64,000 bases of DNA, taken from the IMG/VR virus record IMGVR_UViG_2910013374_000001, positions 32,001-96,000 of that record. The stretch is one strand, 5' to 3'. Origin of the DNA: a virus. Lineage: Duplodnaviria; Caudoviricetes. Position numbers and translations under genes: made by a program. How positions within the stretch are numbered: the first letter of the stretch is position 1; each line of letters begins with the position of its first letter. The notes below the pieces were generated by a model. That model ran no database searches, was not told where the DNA came from, and was given only the letters and a program-made list of their open reading frames with translations. Shown one piece after another: positions 17,048-26,684 of this stretch.

Positions 17048-17593
17048 ATGCCTGCCTCTCGCGTTGGCCCCCTCTTTGGGCCCCTCCCTGAACTCGATGA
17101 AAGCTGGATCCTGATGACAGCAGACGAGACCTTGGTTTTGTACACCGCCGAGGACGTCCGCGAGTTCATTCGCGAGATCCAAGACCTGCGCGGCGCGTAC
17201 GACCAGATCCACAAACTTTCGATGGCCATGAACGGCCTCGCTGCTTACAACCCGGTCGCCGTCAAGACCGTTCTCGTTGACGTGATCCGGTATCTCGAGC
17301 TCGAAGACATCCTCAACGCCAAACAAGAGGAGAGCCCCACCAATGTCTCGCCCGACGGCTTGCCGATCATCAAGGCCGACGTGGTCGAGTACTCCGAGGA
17401 GCCTCTCAAGAACGGCACTAACTACATGGAGACCGTGCTGCAGCCAATGCGTGAGCGCATGGCACGCCTGAAAATGAGCATCTGCAGGGCTTTGGATCTG
17501 TGCAGTTATGACCTGAGCGAGGCCCCTTGCTGCGACGGTCCCACCGCCATGAAGAGCTATCGGCGCGGTGCCACTCACATGTACCGGAGCTGA
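17048..17593 (+). CDS. Putative head-tail adaptor/neck protein
   Basis: First gene of the structural block; IIKADVVEY motif; CGGAAACCT at 17016. Confidence 0.6.
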   Translation: MPASRVGPLFGPLPELDESWILMTADETLVLYTAEDVREFIREIQDLRGAYDQIHKLSMAMNGLAAYNPVAVKTVLVDVIRYLELEDILNAKQEESPTNVSPDGLPIIKADVVEYSEEPLKNGTNYMETVLQPMRERMARLKMSICRALDLCSYDLSEAPCCDGPTAMKSYRRGATHMYRS

Positions 17594-17596
17594 TTG

Positions 17597-18061
17597 ATGG
17601 CGACTCCGCTCGAGCAGTTCAGCAATGCCCGCCTTCTCGTCACGGCCCCCGGTGGCAGGGGTGGTCCGGAGACCGGTTTCCAGGAGCTTCCTGGCCAGGA
17701 GTACATCGTTCTGGCATTTCTGAAGCTGGTCAAACCGGATCGGAAGGACACCTTCAAGGGCATGGTCGACCTCAAGGTTTCGACCGAGATCGCCGAGGGC
17801 TACATCACAGGCTTCTGCCCCATCCCAGACGGTGAGGACTGGAAGACCTACGCCTTCAGGTCCGATGCGAACTACGACTCAACCGGATTCCGCTTCCCAG
17901 GATTCATGGCCCCCAAAGGGGTCGAGGTTCTGATGTCCGGTCGCCACTTCACTGTCGCTGAACTGATCGAAACCGCAGGCGTGTTCCTCGATGAGGGCAT
18001 CGGCCAGATCGTCCGCGACGTGATCGGGGATCGACTCATCGTCAAATTCGAGCGTTTCTGA
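17597..18061 (+). CDS. Putative head-closure/neck protein
   Basis: Size and position between adaptor and gp10-like gene. Confidence 0.55.
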   Translation: MATPLEQFSNARLLVTAPGGRGGPETGFQELPGQEYIVLAFLKLVKPDRKDTFKGMVDLKVSTEIAEGYITGFCPIPDGEDWKTYAFRSDANYDSTGFRFPGFMAPKGVEVLMSGRHFTVAELIETAGVFLDEGIGQIVRDVIGDRLIVKFERF

Positions 18062-18495
18062 TGGCCAACAACTTTCAATTTGAGATCAACGTTGAACTCC
18101 CGAAAGGAGCAGAGAAGACCTTCGAGCGAGCAGCTGAGCAAGCGATGAAGCAGGTGTCTGCAGAGCTCGATGGACGCTTCACCGATGCGATCAGCTCAGC
18201 TGTGTGGCCTTGGCCCTTCCCTGCGAGCAATGGCAAGGGCAGTCCCCGCTCCATCGTCGATACGGGGGCACTCAAGCAGTCAGGGGTCTTCAAGCTCTCG
18301 GGTCTGCAAGCCGAGTGGAAGTGGACCTCCAACTACGCAGCAGCAGTGCACGAAGGTGCTCGGCTTTGGAATGGCGCCAACATCCCAGCGAGGCCCTGGA
18401 CCAATGCAGTCCTCGAAGGCGGAACCTCAGCAAGCATCCCGGTCTACGACTTCTCCACGGAACTCTCTAAGAGAATCACCAACATTCTTTCCTGA
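18061..18495 (+). CDS. HK97 gp10-like tail-completion protein
   Basis: RSIVDTGALKQS, YAAAVHEG, PARPW motifs. Confidence 0.75.
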   Translation: MANNFQFEINVELPKGAEKTFERAAEQAMKQVSAELDGRFTDAISSAVWPWPFPASNGKGSPRSIVDTGALKQSGVFKLSGLQAEWKWTSNYAAAVHEGARLWNGANIPARPWTNAVLEGGTSASIPVYDFSTELSKRITNILS

Positions 18496-18572
18496 TGCCT
18501 CTTCCTCTGATCACTGCAAAGGGCTGCGGCAAAGGCGGCAAAAAAGGTGGCAAGAAAGGCGGCAAGAAATAG
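18495..18572 (+). CDS. 25-aa Lys/Gly-rich micropeptide
   Basis: TGATG coupling; MPLPLITAKGCGKGGKKGGKKGGKK. Confidence 0.55.
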   Translation: MPLPLITAKGCGKGGKKGGKKGGKK

Positions 18573-18584
18573 GCCCGGATTTCA

Positions 18585-18645
18585 AACCTTTGGTTCCCCG
18601 TGTGTTTTGTATAGGCCCGCAGATCTTGTCTTTGAGAGGACCTCG
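18585..18645 (-). repeat. Dispersed 61-bp element, copy 3
   Basis: Core at 18618-18645 plus extension, same spacing as copy 2. Confidence 0.9.
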
Positions 18646-18692
18646 ATCCGGTTCGGTTGATCCCGGAACACTCGGCCAGATTCCGAGACTTC

Positions 18693-19409
18693 ATGGCATC
18701 CCTCAAGCTCCCGTTTCAGACCGCACCAGCAGAAGAGCGGGTAGTCCTAGGGAATGAGCGCACAGGCACTCTGGAGTTTCCCGTCTACAACGATCTGACG
18801 ATCACCGAGACGGCTTTCATGGCCGCCAACGGAGCAAAGAACACAGCCTTCACCTACACATCCAAGACCGCTCTCAAGATCGCCCGCGTTGAGAACGCCA
18901 AGCCGATTGATACCCATAACTTCGTCTCCAAAGTCCTGGTCGCCTCGATGGGTGGTCAAGTGAACTTCACAGAGCTGGAATTGGCCTGGCAGGTCAAGTA
19001 CATCCGTGAACTCGAGGAGACCGCCTTCAAGGTTCTCGAGCTGTCTGTGATGCAACAGCAAGTGCTTGTGACTTGCGTGATCCGCCACCGTCTTCCAGGA
19101 ATGCACGAGTGGAATCCCGAGGACACCGCAAGCCTCCCGAGTGAACTCTGTGAGGCCATTTATGAGTTCGCTCTAAAGGAGCAGGGACGAGGAGAGGATT
19201 TCGACAAGGAGGGCGCCGTCGAGGAGGTTGCGGAAATGCTGGGAAAGTCGAAGACGGAACCTACGGAGGAGTCGAGCACCCCGACTGGGGAGACATCTTC
19301 CACCAGCTCAGAGACCTCTACCCCGGCTCCCAAGAGTTCACGCCGGAAACGTTCGGCCAGCTCAAAAGCGGATACGTCCTCGAGTGCCTCCGAGAAGGAA
19401 GCCGGCTAA
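18693..19409 (+). CDS. Tail assembly chaperone (lambda gpG-like, unshifted product)
   Basis: Contains G GGA AAG slippery site at 19241-19247, then a low-complexity S/T tail. Confidence 0.75.
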   Translation: MASLKLPFQTAPAEERVVLGNERTGTLEFPVYNDLTITETAFMAANGAKNTAFTYTSKTALKIARVENAKPIDTHNFVSKVLVASMGGQVNFTELELAWQVKYIRELEETAFKVLELSVMQQQVLVTCVIRHRLPGMHEWNPEDTASLPSELCEAIYEFALKEQGRGEDFDKEGAVEEVAEMLGKSKTEPTEESSTPTGETSSTSSETSTPAPKSSRRKRSASSKADTSSSASEKEAG

Positions 19410-19906
19410 GACGCGATCACTATCACGCTCTGGAGCTGCCAATCGCGCAGCTCTCAAGCATTCACGCCAACTTGAACAGGGACCCCAAAAGGACCCGCAA
19501 GGCCTATACGGCCGAGGACTTCTGCTTCTTCGTCGACCACGGCTACAACAAGCCGGAGGAACGAGCGGCTCGAGCCTTCATGTCTTTGGTGCAAGCCAAG
19601 CAACTCCCAAGCTTTGCTCTTGGTTTCTTCTCAGACTTCAAGCACGGCAAAGCGAGCAAGGCTCCATGGGAGGAGCAGGCCCTCGTTCACGAGAGCTTCA
19701 TTCTGCTTGCGCCGATGCCGATCGATGGTGGATTCACCGGCACGATGCTCGCTGAAAACGAAGTTGCAGGTCAGGTGATCGAGGTTCAGCACATGGGCCA
19801 AACCTGGGTGATTCAAGTACCTGACTTCAAGGACTACGTGAAGGCTGAAAACAGCATCGAGATCGATGTGGTCAGGCCGCCTGAGCCTGTTCCGCCTGGA
19901 TCATGA
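19241..19906 (+). CDS. Tail assembly chaperone -1 frameshift extension (gpGT-like)
   Basis: The -1 frame from GGGAAAG is open (GKVEDGTYGGVEHPDWGDIF...) and continuous with ORF 19472..19906. Confidence 0.8.
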   Translation, partial: GKVEDGTYGGVEHPDWGDIFHQLRDLYPGSQEFTPETFGQLKSGYVLECLREGSRLRRDHYHALELPIAQLSSIHANLNRDPKRTRKAYTAEDFCFFVDHGYNKPEERAARAFMSLVQAKQLPSFALGFFSDFKHGKASKAPWEEQALVHESFILLAPMPIDGGFTGTMLAENEVAGQVIEVQHMGQTWVIQVPDFKDYVKAENSIEIDVVRPPEPVPPGS

Positions 19907-20417
19907 CGATCGCCTCAAGATTGGACTCCCACTGCTCGCCACCTGTGCGGTCGCCCTGGGCCATCCAGCTTTCGATCTCAAGCTCACGAGTGCGGCAATA
20001 GAAGTCTTGCTTCCGATACCACTCCTTCCAGTCCTCACTTCCCTTGTCGGTGTTGCAGGACTGGCAGGCCGGGACGAGATTCCTGGTCAGGTCTTCGCCT
20101 CCTTTGCTCTTTGGTTTGACGTGGTCAAGAGTGAGAGATTCGTCGTCGATTGGTGTGGCGTTGCAAAAAGCGCAGCGGTTGTCCCAGCAGGCCTTGATCC
20201 CGTCGCGCCAGATGGCTCGGGCTTCCTTTCTATTCATTGTTTCCAGGGCGAAGAGGTAGTCCTTGTGCGTGGGCCTGGGTGGCTCAACAGAGCCGAACTT
20301 CCAGGCGGGAGAGGGATAGGTGCCGCTCACTTGCTGCAAGTGACGGAGAAGCTGCTGTTGGTCGAAAGAGCGCGACGCATAGGCTTCTCCGGCTTCTACC
20401 GGTGCGATGGATGCCAT
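19872..20417 (-). CDS. HNH endonuclease (start uncertain)
   Basis: CAFC...TLDHVKPKSKGG...NLVPACQSCNTDKG. Confidence 0.9.
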   Translation of the reverse strand: MASIAPVEAGEAYASRSFDQQQLLRHLQQVSGTYPSPAWKFGSVEPPRPTHKDYLFALETMNRKEARAIWRDGIKACWDNRCAFCNATPIDDESLTLDHVKPKSKGGEDLTRNLVPACQSCNTDKGSEDWKEWYRKQDFYCRTRELEIESWMAQGDRTGGEQWESNLEAIVMIQAEQAQAA

Positions 20418-20503
20418 AGCGTTCCCGAGAAGGCAGTGGTGGCCTGACTTTCCCGGTGGCCTTGTGCTCGGAACCCTGGACACACGAATGCGCACGCCCT
20501 CCC

Positions 20504-20935
20504 GTGATCGAGTCAGCCAACGAGATCCTGTTGAAGCTTCAGGCGGACGCAGACTTCATGGCGAACGTCGGCCACTACGACTTCGGCAGCGGGATCATCG
20601 AGACAGCTCTGACCGTGCTCGCTTCCAATCAGCACGTCCCGAACATCAAGCAAGTCGTCGGAGTCGAGGCGATCATCGGCCGCGTGCCAGACATGACCTC
20701 CAGGGCGATGGTCGCTGGCTGCAGCATCCGCGAAAAAATGTGGAGGGTCTACCTGGTTCAGTACGCAGGAAGTGACCTCGACGCAGCAATGCTTGCCGCT
20801 GATCGCATCGTTGATCTTTGTCCTGGGGCGTCTTACAGCTCAGTCGGTACAGGGGACACTCAGTCCGAGATCGCAGGTATCGAGCAGATAGTCGTCAAAA
20901 TTCCAGCTCATGCTCCGTGGGCTGATCTGAACTAG
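20504..20935 (+). CDS. Putative tail terminator-like structural protein
   Basis: GTG start 35 nt after CGGAACCCT; size and position. Confidence 0.55.
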   Translation: MIESANEILLKLQADADFMANVGHYDFGSGIIETALTVLASNQHVPNIKQVVGVEAIIGRVPDMTSRAMVAGCSIREKMWRVYLVQYAGSDLDAAMLAADRIVDLCPGASYSSVGTGDTQSEIAGIEQIVVKIPAHAPWADLN

Positions 20936-20969
20936 GGGACGGAAGACTCCAGAAGGTCGGAAGGGGCTT

Positions 20970-22037
20970 ATGGCGTCGCTGGATCAGCTAAAGAAGAAGA
21001 TCCAGGGCAACCCCGTCCTCAAGGCCGCGATCGGCGATGGCTCGATTCGCATTATTTACAAGGAACCGCCCGTCATCGACGAGGACAGGTTGTTCCGCAC
21101 CTGGACGCTTGAAGTCCTGATCGTTGACGACAGCACGTACAACGGCCTGATCCAGAAGTCCCTCGAGACGCTTGGCTTCGATGCCAGCCGCAAAGGCGAC
21201 AAGATCACAGCCGTCCTCGATGAGGCCATCACCGCCAGTGAGCGGCAGGAGATGGAGGCCGACGACAGGCAAGAACGCAAGGCCGCAAAAGTCCAGGCAG
21301 ACGAACGCAGGGATGACCTGCTGATCAAGACGCTCGAGGCCATGCAGGCCAAGATCGATGCGCTCGAGGAGAAGATCGAGTTCATGTCCCTGGTGAAGGC
21401 CAAGGGGCAAGCAGGCCCGCCCGGACGACAAGGTCCGAGTGGTGCCGCGGGACGTGACGGCCAAGATCTCCTGGCTACGGACGCCAATCTTCAGGACCTG
21501 AACGACGTCTCAGACGAAACCCCCAAGCAGGGCCAAGTCGTGATGTATCAGGAGGCGACGGACTCCTGGGAGCTGCGCTTCCCCCCAATGGGAGGCGGCG
21601 GCGGCGGTGGTGGCGGAGCTGGTGGTGGTCAGGCCAAGCTTCAGCACTGGACCGAGACAAGTGAGGGGCACCTGGTTCCCAACGGCGAGGACCAGAACCT
21701 GGGCTCACCGACTCAGCCGGTTCGCGAGATCTATGTGACGGGCAACACCGTCTACATGGACAACAAGCCGCTATCGATCAACGAGAACGAGCGGATCTCA
21801 TTTGACGGCAATCAGCTGGGCTATGGCGACGGCGACGTTTCTGAAGCTCCTGAGAACTCGGTTGCTTATGTCCGTAGAGATGGCACCTGGATCCCTTTGG
21901 ACACGGTCAACACCGATATCGAGTTGCCCACCTCCATCACTGCATACCCCAGCAACTACGCCAACATCGTCATCGACCTCGACACCGGTTTGCTCGTTGC
22001 TGTGGAACCTGAGGACGTGATCAGCCCAGAGGGCTGA
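20970..22037 (+). CDS. Fibre/anchor protein with coiled coil, short collagen repeat and fibritin foldon-like motif
   Basis: GQAGPPGRQGPSGAAGRDG; LQDLNDV..GQVVMY; EAPENSVAYVRRDGTW. Confidence 0.75.
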   Translation: MASLDQLKKKIQGNPVLKAAIGDGSIRIIYKEPPVIDEDRLFRTWTLEVLIVDDSTYNGLIQKSLETLGFDASRKGDKITAVLDEAITASERQEMEADDRQERKAAKVQADERRDDLLIKTLEAMQAKIDALEEKIEFMSLVKAKGQAGPPGRQGPSGAAGRDGQDLLATDANLQDLNDVSDETPKQGQVVMYQEATDSWELRFPPMGGGGGGGGGAGGGQAKLQHWTETSEGHLVPNGEDQNLGSPTQPVREIYVTGNTVYMDNKPLSINENERISFDGNQLGYGDGDVSEAPENSVAYVRRDGTWIPLDTVNTDIELPTSITAYPSNYANIVIDLDTGLLVAVEPEDVISPEG

Positions 22038-22095
22038 GAGAGGAAGCCTGAACTGATGGCCCACCAGTCATCGGATTCCAGCTCCTAGGAGACTT

Positions 22096-23886
22096 ATGGC
22101 CAGTTTTAAGGTCTCGCAGTTCACTGGGGTGACAGACACGACAGCAGATTCTCTGCTGCTCCTGGCGTACACCGCAGACAACGGCGCAACTTATTCCACA
22201 CGAAAGATCCGCGTACAGGATCTTCTTGATGACCTCGCGCAAGATTCAGATCTCACCAGCCTGCTCACCCTTCAAGGTGTCCCTGCAGGATCAGCTGATC
22301 TGGGCAGCTTTACGGGCGACACGATCGCCGAGGGCGCAACAATCAAGGAAGCCCTTCAGGCCCTTGAGAGCAGCCTCGAACTTCAGCAAGGCGCTCTGAC
22401 TGCCGGCAACGGTGTCGAGCTCGATGCTCAGGGAAACATCTCTTTGAAGATCGCCACCGGCGGCTTCCTTGAGTTCTCTAGCGATGAGCTAAGTGTCAAG
22501 ACTCTCGACGAAGATGACTTCGTCAGCAACAGCGACAGCCACCTCCCGACTCAGCAGTCGGTCAAGGCCTACGTTGACACCCAGATCAGCACCCTTGGCA
22601 GCGTTTCTGAAGGCGCTTATGTCAAGAAGGACGGCTCTGTCGCCTTCGAGGGTGACCAGTCCATGGGCGGCTTTGAGCTGACCAACCTGGCGATCCCGAC
22701 ACAGGATTCTTCCGCTGCCACGAAGCAGTATGTGGACCTGGCCGTTCAAGGCCTGGACCTCAAAGAGTCCGTCCGTGCAGCCACAACTGTTGAGCTTGCT
22801 CTCGTCGGTGAGCAGGTTGTTGACGGTGTGTCCCTGACGGCAGGTGATCGCGTTCTGGTCAAGAGCCAGACCGACGCCAGCGAGAACGGCATCTACGTCG
22901 TCGACGCAGGCGCTTGGACCCGTGCAGAAGACGCCGATGGCAACCCCGACGGTGAAGTCACCTCAGGGATGTTCACCTTCGTCGAAGAAGGCACGGTCAA
23001 TGGTCAGAACGGCTTCTCGCTGTCGACTGCCAACCCGATCCTTGTAGGCGCAACGGATCTCACTTTTGTTCAGTTCTCTGGCGCTGGTCAGATCACCGCT
23101 GGAAACGGCATCTCGATCACTGGCAACGAGATCAGCGTTGCTCCTGCTGTCCTTTCGGACATCAGTGACCTGGCCTCCCTTACTGGAGTGAGCGGAAGCA
23201 GCGATCTCGGGACGTTTGCTGGCGACACGATCGCCGATTCCTCGACCATCAAGGAAGCTCTCCAATCCCTGGAGACCCTGGCCGAAGCAGTCGCCTCGAA
23301 CATCGCGACGAACGACACCGAACTGGCTGATCATGAGAGCCGGATCGCTGCCAACGAGCTGAACATCGCCTCGATCGATGGAATCAATACAGCTCAGTCC
23401 ACCCGCATCTCTGACCTTCAGGATGCTTTAGGTGCTGCTGACGGTGTGCAGGACATGGGCTCCTTTACGGGTGCCACCATCACCGACAACGGATCCGTCC
23501 GTGACGCCCTGCAAGAACTGGAAACAGCTCTCGAGCAGCTGGCACTTGACTCAGGCTCCGGCTCTGCTGTTGCAGCCAACTTGGCTGAGATCACCGCCCT
23601 GCGTTCCGCTCAAGGAACTGCTAACGGCGACATCAACCTCGGCACCTTCACCGGTGGCACGATCAGCGACAACGCCAGCGTGAAAACCGCCTTGAGCGAG
23701 TTGGAAGCTGCTGTTGAAGCTGGTGCTGGCAACTACGTCAGCAAAGGCGCCAACGTCACCGAATTGGTGGCTGGAACGGTTGCAGAGACCGAGCCTGCTA
23801 ACTACCTCTTCATGGTGGTTGACCAGGCCGATGGCTCAATCAAGGTCCTCGACAAGACTTTCATCGAGACCGAAGAATCCGCCTGA
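22096..23886 (+). CDS. Virion fibre/decoration protein
   Basis: Repeated DLGxFTGxTIxDxxxIKEALQxLE units; AATKQYVD; GDRVLVKSQT..ENGIYVV; SD AGGAGA. Confidence 0.8.
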   Translation: MASFKVSQFTGVTDTTADSLLLLAYTADNGATYSTRKIRVQDLLDDLAQDSDLTSLLTLQGVPAGSADLGSFTGDTIAEGATIKEALQALESSLELQQGALTAGNGVELDAQGNISLKIATGGFLEFSSDELSVKTLDEDDFVSNSDSHLPTQQSVKAYVDTQISTLGSVSEGAYVKKDGSVAFEGDQSMGGFELTNLAIPTQDSSAATKQYVDLAVQGLDLKESVRAATTVELALVGEQVVDGVSLTAGDRVLVKSQTDASENGIYVVDAGAWTRAEDADGNPDGEVTSGMFTFVEEGTVNGQNGFSLSTANPILVGATDLTFVQFSGAGQITAGNGISITGNEISVAPAVLSDISDLASLTGVSGSSDLGTFAGDTIADSSTIKEALQSLETLAEAVASNIATNDTELADHESRIAANELNIASIDGINTAQSTRISDLQDALGAADGVQDMGSFTGATITDNGSVRDALQELETALEQLALDSGSGSAVAANLAEITALRSAQGTANGDINLGTFTGGTISDNASVKTALSELEAAVEAGAGNYVSKGANVTELVAGTVAETEPANYLFMVVDQADGSIKVLDKTFIETEESA

Positions 23887-23911
23887 TCCTGATCAGATCA
23901 ATCGGAACTCT

Positions 23912-23933
23912 GGGGGCACTTGCCCCCTTTTTT
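23912..23933 (+). terminator. Intrinsic terminator abutting a late-promoter motif
   Basis: GGGGGCA-CT-TGCCCCC-T6 immediately after CGGAACTCT and just before ATG 23935. Confidence 0.75.
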
Positions 23934-23934
23934 C

Positions 23935-24159
23935 ATGGCACCTCGTGAAGAGCTGATCGAACTTGTGGAGGCTTATGCAGCCGCGAAAAAGACCGACAAC
24001 AAGCTGCTCATCGGCATGGCCAGCAAGGCCCTGGGTGCATTTCTGAAGTCCGTCGACATCGTCAAGCCAGTCGATGTTCCTGAGGAAATCAAGCAGGCCG
24101 TCGAGGTCCAGCTGCCCAAGAAACCCGCCGCTTCACGCAGGTCAAGATCAAAAAGCTGA
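23935..24159 (+). CDS. Small helical protein (possible fibre chaperone)
   Basis: 74-aa ORF between fibre genes. Confidence 0.7.
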   Translation: MAPREELIELVEAYAAAKKTDNKLLIGMASKALGAFLKSVDIVKPVDVPEEIKQAVEVQLPKKPAASRRSRSKS

Positions 24160-24192
24160 TGCGGAAGCCTGTGGCGTCACAGCGCCACTCGC

Positions 24193-26016
24193 ATGAAGAT
24201 CTCAGGCTTTCAGGCAGTCCCGGACGGCTCGGACGAGTCCCTGTTGATGATCAGCTACACCGAAGACGGTGGCGCGACCTTCAAGACCCGGAAGATCCGG
24301 CTTGAAGACTTCATCGATGACTTTCGCGTCGAAGATCTGGCGAACGTGGGCGAGGACGTCGAGGCTTTCGATGGTGCCGTCCTGTCATGGAGCCAAGCGG
24401 ATCAGTACTGGCACGCGGTCAATCCAGCGATTGCAGCGGCCCCCGTTGCAGCGGGCTTCACCCTTGGCCTGACTCAGAAGCTTCTGGCTGAGAACCGCCA
24501 GATCGGAAAGACCGTTTTCGCTGTTCCTTACGTCTACAGCGATCGAGATGCCTTGGCGGTCGCACGCCCTGAAGGTGGAGTCGAGCGTGGCCGCTGTCAG
24601 GTCGTCAGCCTTGAAGACGGGAACACCCTCTTCGTTTACGCCAGCGGAAACGACTTCCTCACCCAGACGATCCAGGAAGGTCCGATCTTCCTGAGCAAGG
24701 GCGAGATCTATGTGATCGACGAGGTCGTCCCTGGCGCGATCATCACGATGGAAGAGGGCGGATATGGCATCTGCGAGCAGGGCAGCGGCGCCAGCGTGTC
24801 GCCCATGCCACTGCTCAGCCTTGCGCTCGGCTTCAACGATTCATTCTTTTTCGCCTTCAGGAACTCAGAAGGCCAGACCCCAGGTGGAACGGACCAAGGC
24901 TGGATCCATGTGGTGAATGGTCCGATCGCCTCGACGGTCAACCTGCAGTTCGGCAACGGCCTCCCGGTCGCGGACTACGACGGGAACTTCCAGATCGGAA
25001 TCGAGCTGGCCCCCTGGGAATATCGCCGCCTCTACACCCGAGGAAACACCGAATACCGGCTCACCAGTAGTCAGCTCTGCATGGCTGCACTGAACGCAAG
25101 CATGGGCCCGAGCCCGCGCTTCTACGACTCGCGGCTGATCATGCCGATGACGACTGACGGGATCACTTGGCCAAGGTCCGGATTCGTCTCGGCCCAGTTC
25201 CCCAGCACCCTGGTTCGCTACTGGAACAACGCTGGATTCAAGGGAGCTAACAACGATGGCAGTTTCGTCGTCAGCCCTGGCGCCCCGATCGACTCCGACA
25301 GCCAAGACGGCACAGCTGCCGCTCAGTCCGATTACGAGGCAGAAGGCGCCACCCGTTACAAGGCGGCAGGCGTGATCTCGGCCTACTCAGGCGCCGACTC
25401 AGCCGGTCTGGAAGCCACTCCTCTGCTGGCCACGAAGAACATGACCCAGCGGGTGGCCATCCCTTGTTTCGTCGCTGCTTCGGGTGATGGCGGCAACAAC
25501 GGGATTGCAGTCGCCTCTCCATTCGCTGGAAGTTTCCGCCTGTACGAATGGAACCCAGCCACCGGTCAGGCCGAAGTTGTCACGGTGGCCAACTCAAACA
25601 ACGCCTTCATCCAAGACATTCCCCTCGCGAGGCGAACGGGCTCGACACCAGCCGCGAACGCGGAGGAGCAGAACGTCCCCGCCTCAGCCATGGTCAGCCG
25701 GATCAGAGAAGGCGACAACTGCATCTGGACAGGAACTCAGGCGAGCGCTGGATTCAATGGCGGATATGTGGAAGCGACCGTCCCGATCACGGTGGTGGTG
25801 AACTCCGAGCAGAACAGCGCCAACAGCAGCACTCCTGATCGGTTCTATCGGGGAACAGGAGGACAACAGCTTCCCGGAATCCCCATCAATGACGACGAGA
25901 CCCTGATGGTCGGGATCACGCCTTTTGACATCAAGGCAGAGATCAGACGCGGAGATGACGGTCGCTTTTTTCGCCGAAAGATCAATCAATGGAACACGAC
26001 TTGGGAGATCGTCTGA
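24193..26016 (+). CDS. Virion structural/adhesin-like protein
   Basis: N-terminal domain paralogous to 22096 (KIS/KVS...SLL..YT.D.GAT..TRKIR); beta-rich body. Confidence 0.75.
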   Translation: MKISGFQAVPDGSDESLLMISYTEDGGATFKTRKIRLEDFIDDFRVEDLANVGEDVEAFDGAVLSWSQADQYWHAVNPAIAAAPVAAGFTLGLTQKLLAENRQIGKTVFAVPYVYSDRDALAVARPEGGVERGRCQVVSLEDGNTLFVYASGNDFLTQTIQEGPIFLSKGEIYVIDEVVPGAIITMEEGGYGICEQGSGASVSPMPLLSLALGFNDSFFFAFRNSEGQTPGGTDQGWIHVVNGPIASTVNLQFGNGLPVADYDGNFQIGIELAPWEYRRLYTRGNTEYRLTSSQLCMAALNASMGPSPRFYDSRLIMPMTTDGITWPRSGFVSAQFPSTLVRYWNNAGFKGANNDGSFVVSPGAPIDSDSQDGTAAAQSDYEAEGATRYKAAGVISAYSGADSAGLEATPLLATKNMTQRVAIPCFVAASGDGGNNGIAVASPFAGSFRLYEWNPATGQAEVVTVANSNNAFIQDIPLARRTGSTPAANAEEQNVPASAMVSRIREGDNCIWTGTQASAGFNGGYVEATVPITVVVNSEQNSANSSTPDRFYRGTGGQQLPGIPINDDETLMVGITPFDIKAEIRRGDDGRFFRRKINQWNTTWEIV

Positions 26017-26684
26017 TGGTTTCCCTTGACTTTGAATCGGCCCTGGCGGCCGCTTGCAGTGACGCGTCCTACGAGTACAAGCCGGTGGCTGGTTGCCGGC
26101 TGATTTGGGAGCACCACCAGGGCAGCGATTCCGTTGGGATCTATGCCTACCAAGACCAGCCAGATTGGCTTGTGTTGACCTTTCGAGGTTCAGAAGAGCT
26201 TCGTGACTGGAGCCGGAACTTCAGGGCATTCCCACGCCATCAGGGTGAGATTCACGGGGGATATGCCCGCTGTTGGGCGGGTCTGAGCCATGCGGTCGAG
26301 GAGAAGCTTGCTGGCCTTTCTTTCACTCATCTGACGATTACTGGCCACTCCATGGGCGGTGCAGTGGCGACCCTTGCGGCTTGGCAGCTGCCATGGGCTT
26401 GCCACTTGATCACTTTCGGCAGCCCTCGAGTGGTGAACCATTCGCTTGCGGAACGGATCCAAGAGAAGGTTCCAGTCGTGAGGCGCTTCGTTCATGGCGG
26501 CGATGTTGTCCCCCTCTATCCCGTTCTCCTTCATCGCCACGTCGGAGAGGTCCGGCGGATTGGTGCGGAGCGAACTTTGGTGCGGATGTTGCTCAAAGGT
26601 TTTGCTGATCACCACCCGAAGCGATATGCGGAACTGCTGGCCACTTCTTTGAAAACAACCGGTTGGGGTTCGAATCCCGACTGA
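26016..26684 (+). CDS. Class 3 lipase (alpha/beta hydrolase)
   Basis: TFRGS, IHGGY, ITGHSMGGAVA, TFGSPRV, DVVPLYP, DH; TGATG overlap. Confidence 0.9.
   Translation: MVSLDFESALAAACSDASYEYKPVAGCRLIWEHHQGSDSVGIYAYQDQPDWLVLTFRGSEELRDWSRNFRAFPRHQGEIHGGYARCWAGLSHAVEEKLAGLSFTHLTITGHSMGGAVATLAAWQLPWACHLITFGSPRVVNHSLAERIQEKVPVVRRFVHGGDVVPLYPVLLHRHVGEVRRIGAERTLVRMLLKGFADHHPKRYAELLATSLKTTGWGSNPD

Noticed and set aside
19228-19755. 175-aa ORF overlapping the chaperone as the frameshift target
   Set aside because: It is the +1 frame and gives an Arg/Pro-rich shadow sequence; the -1 frame matches the slippery site
20418-20426. Late motif (GGGAACGCT, - strand) for the HNH gene
   Set aside because: It abuts the ATG at 20417 instead of lying about 32 nt upstream; either the motif or the start is wrong, so it is left out of the count
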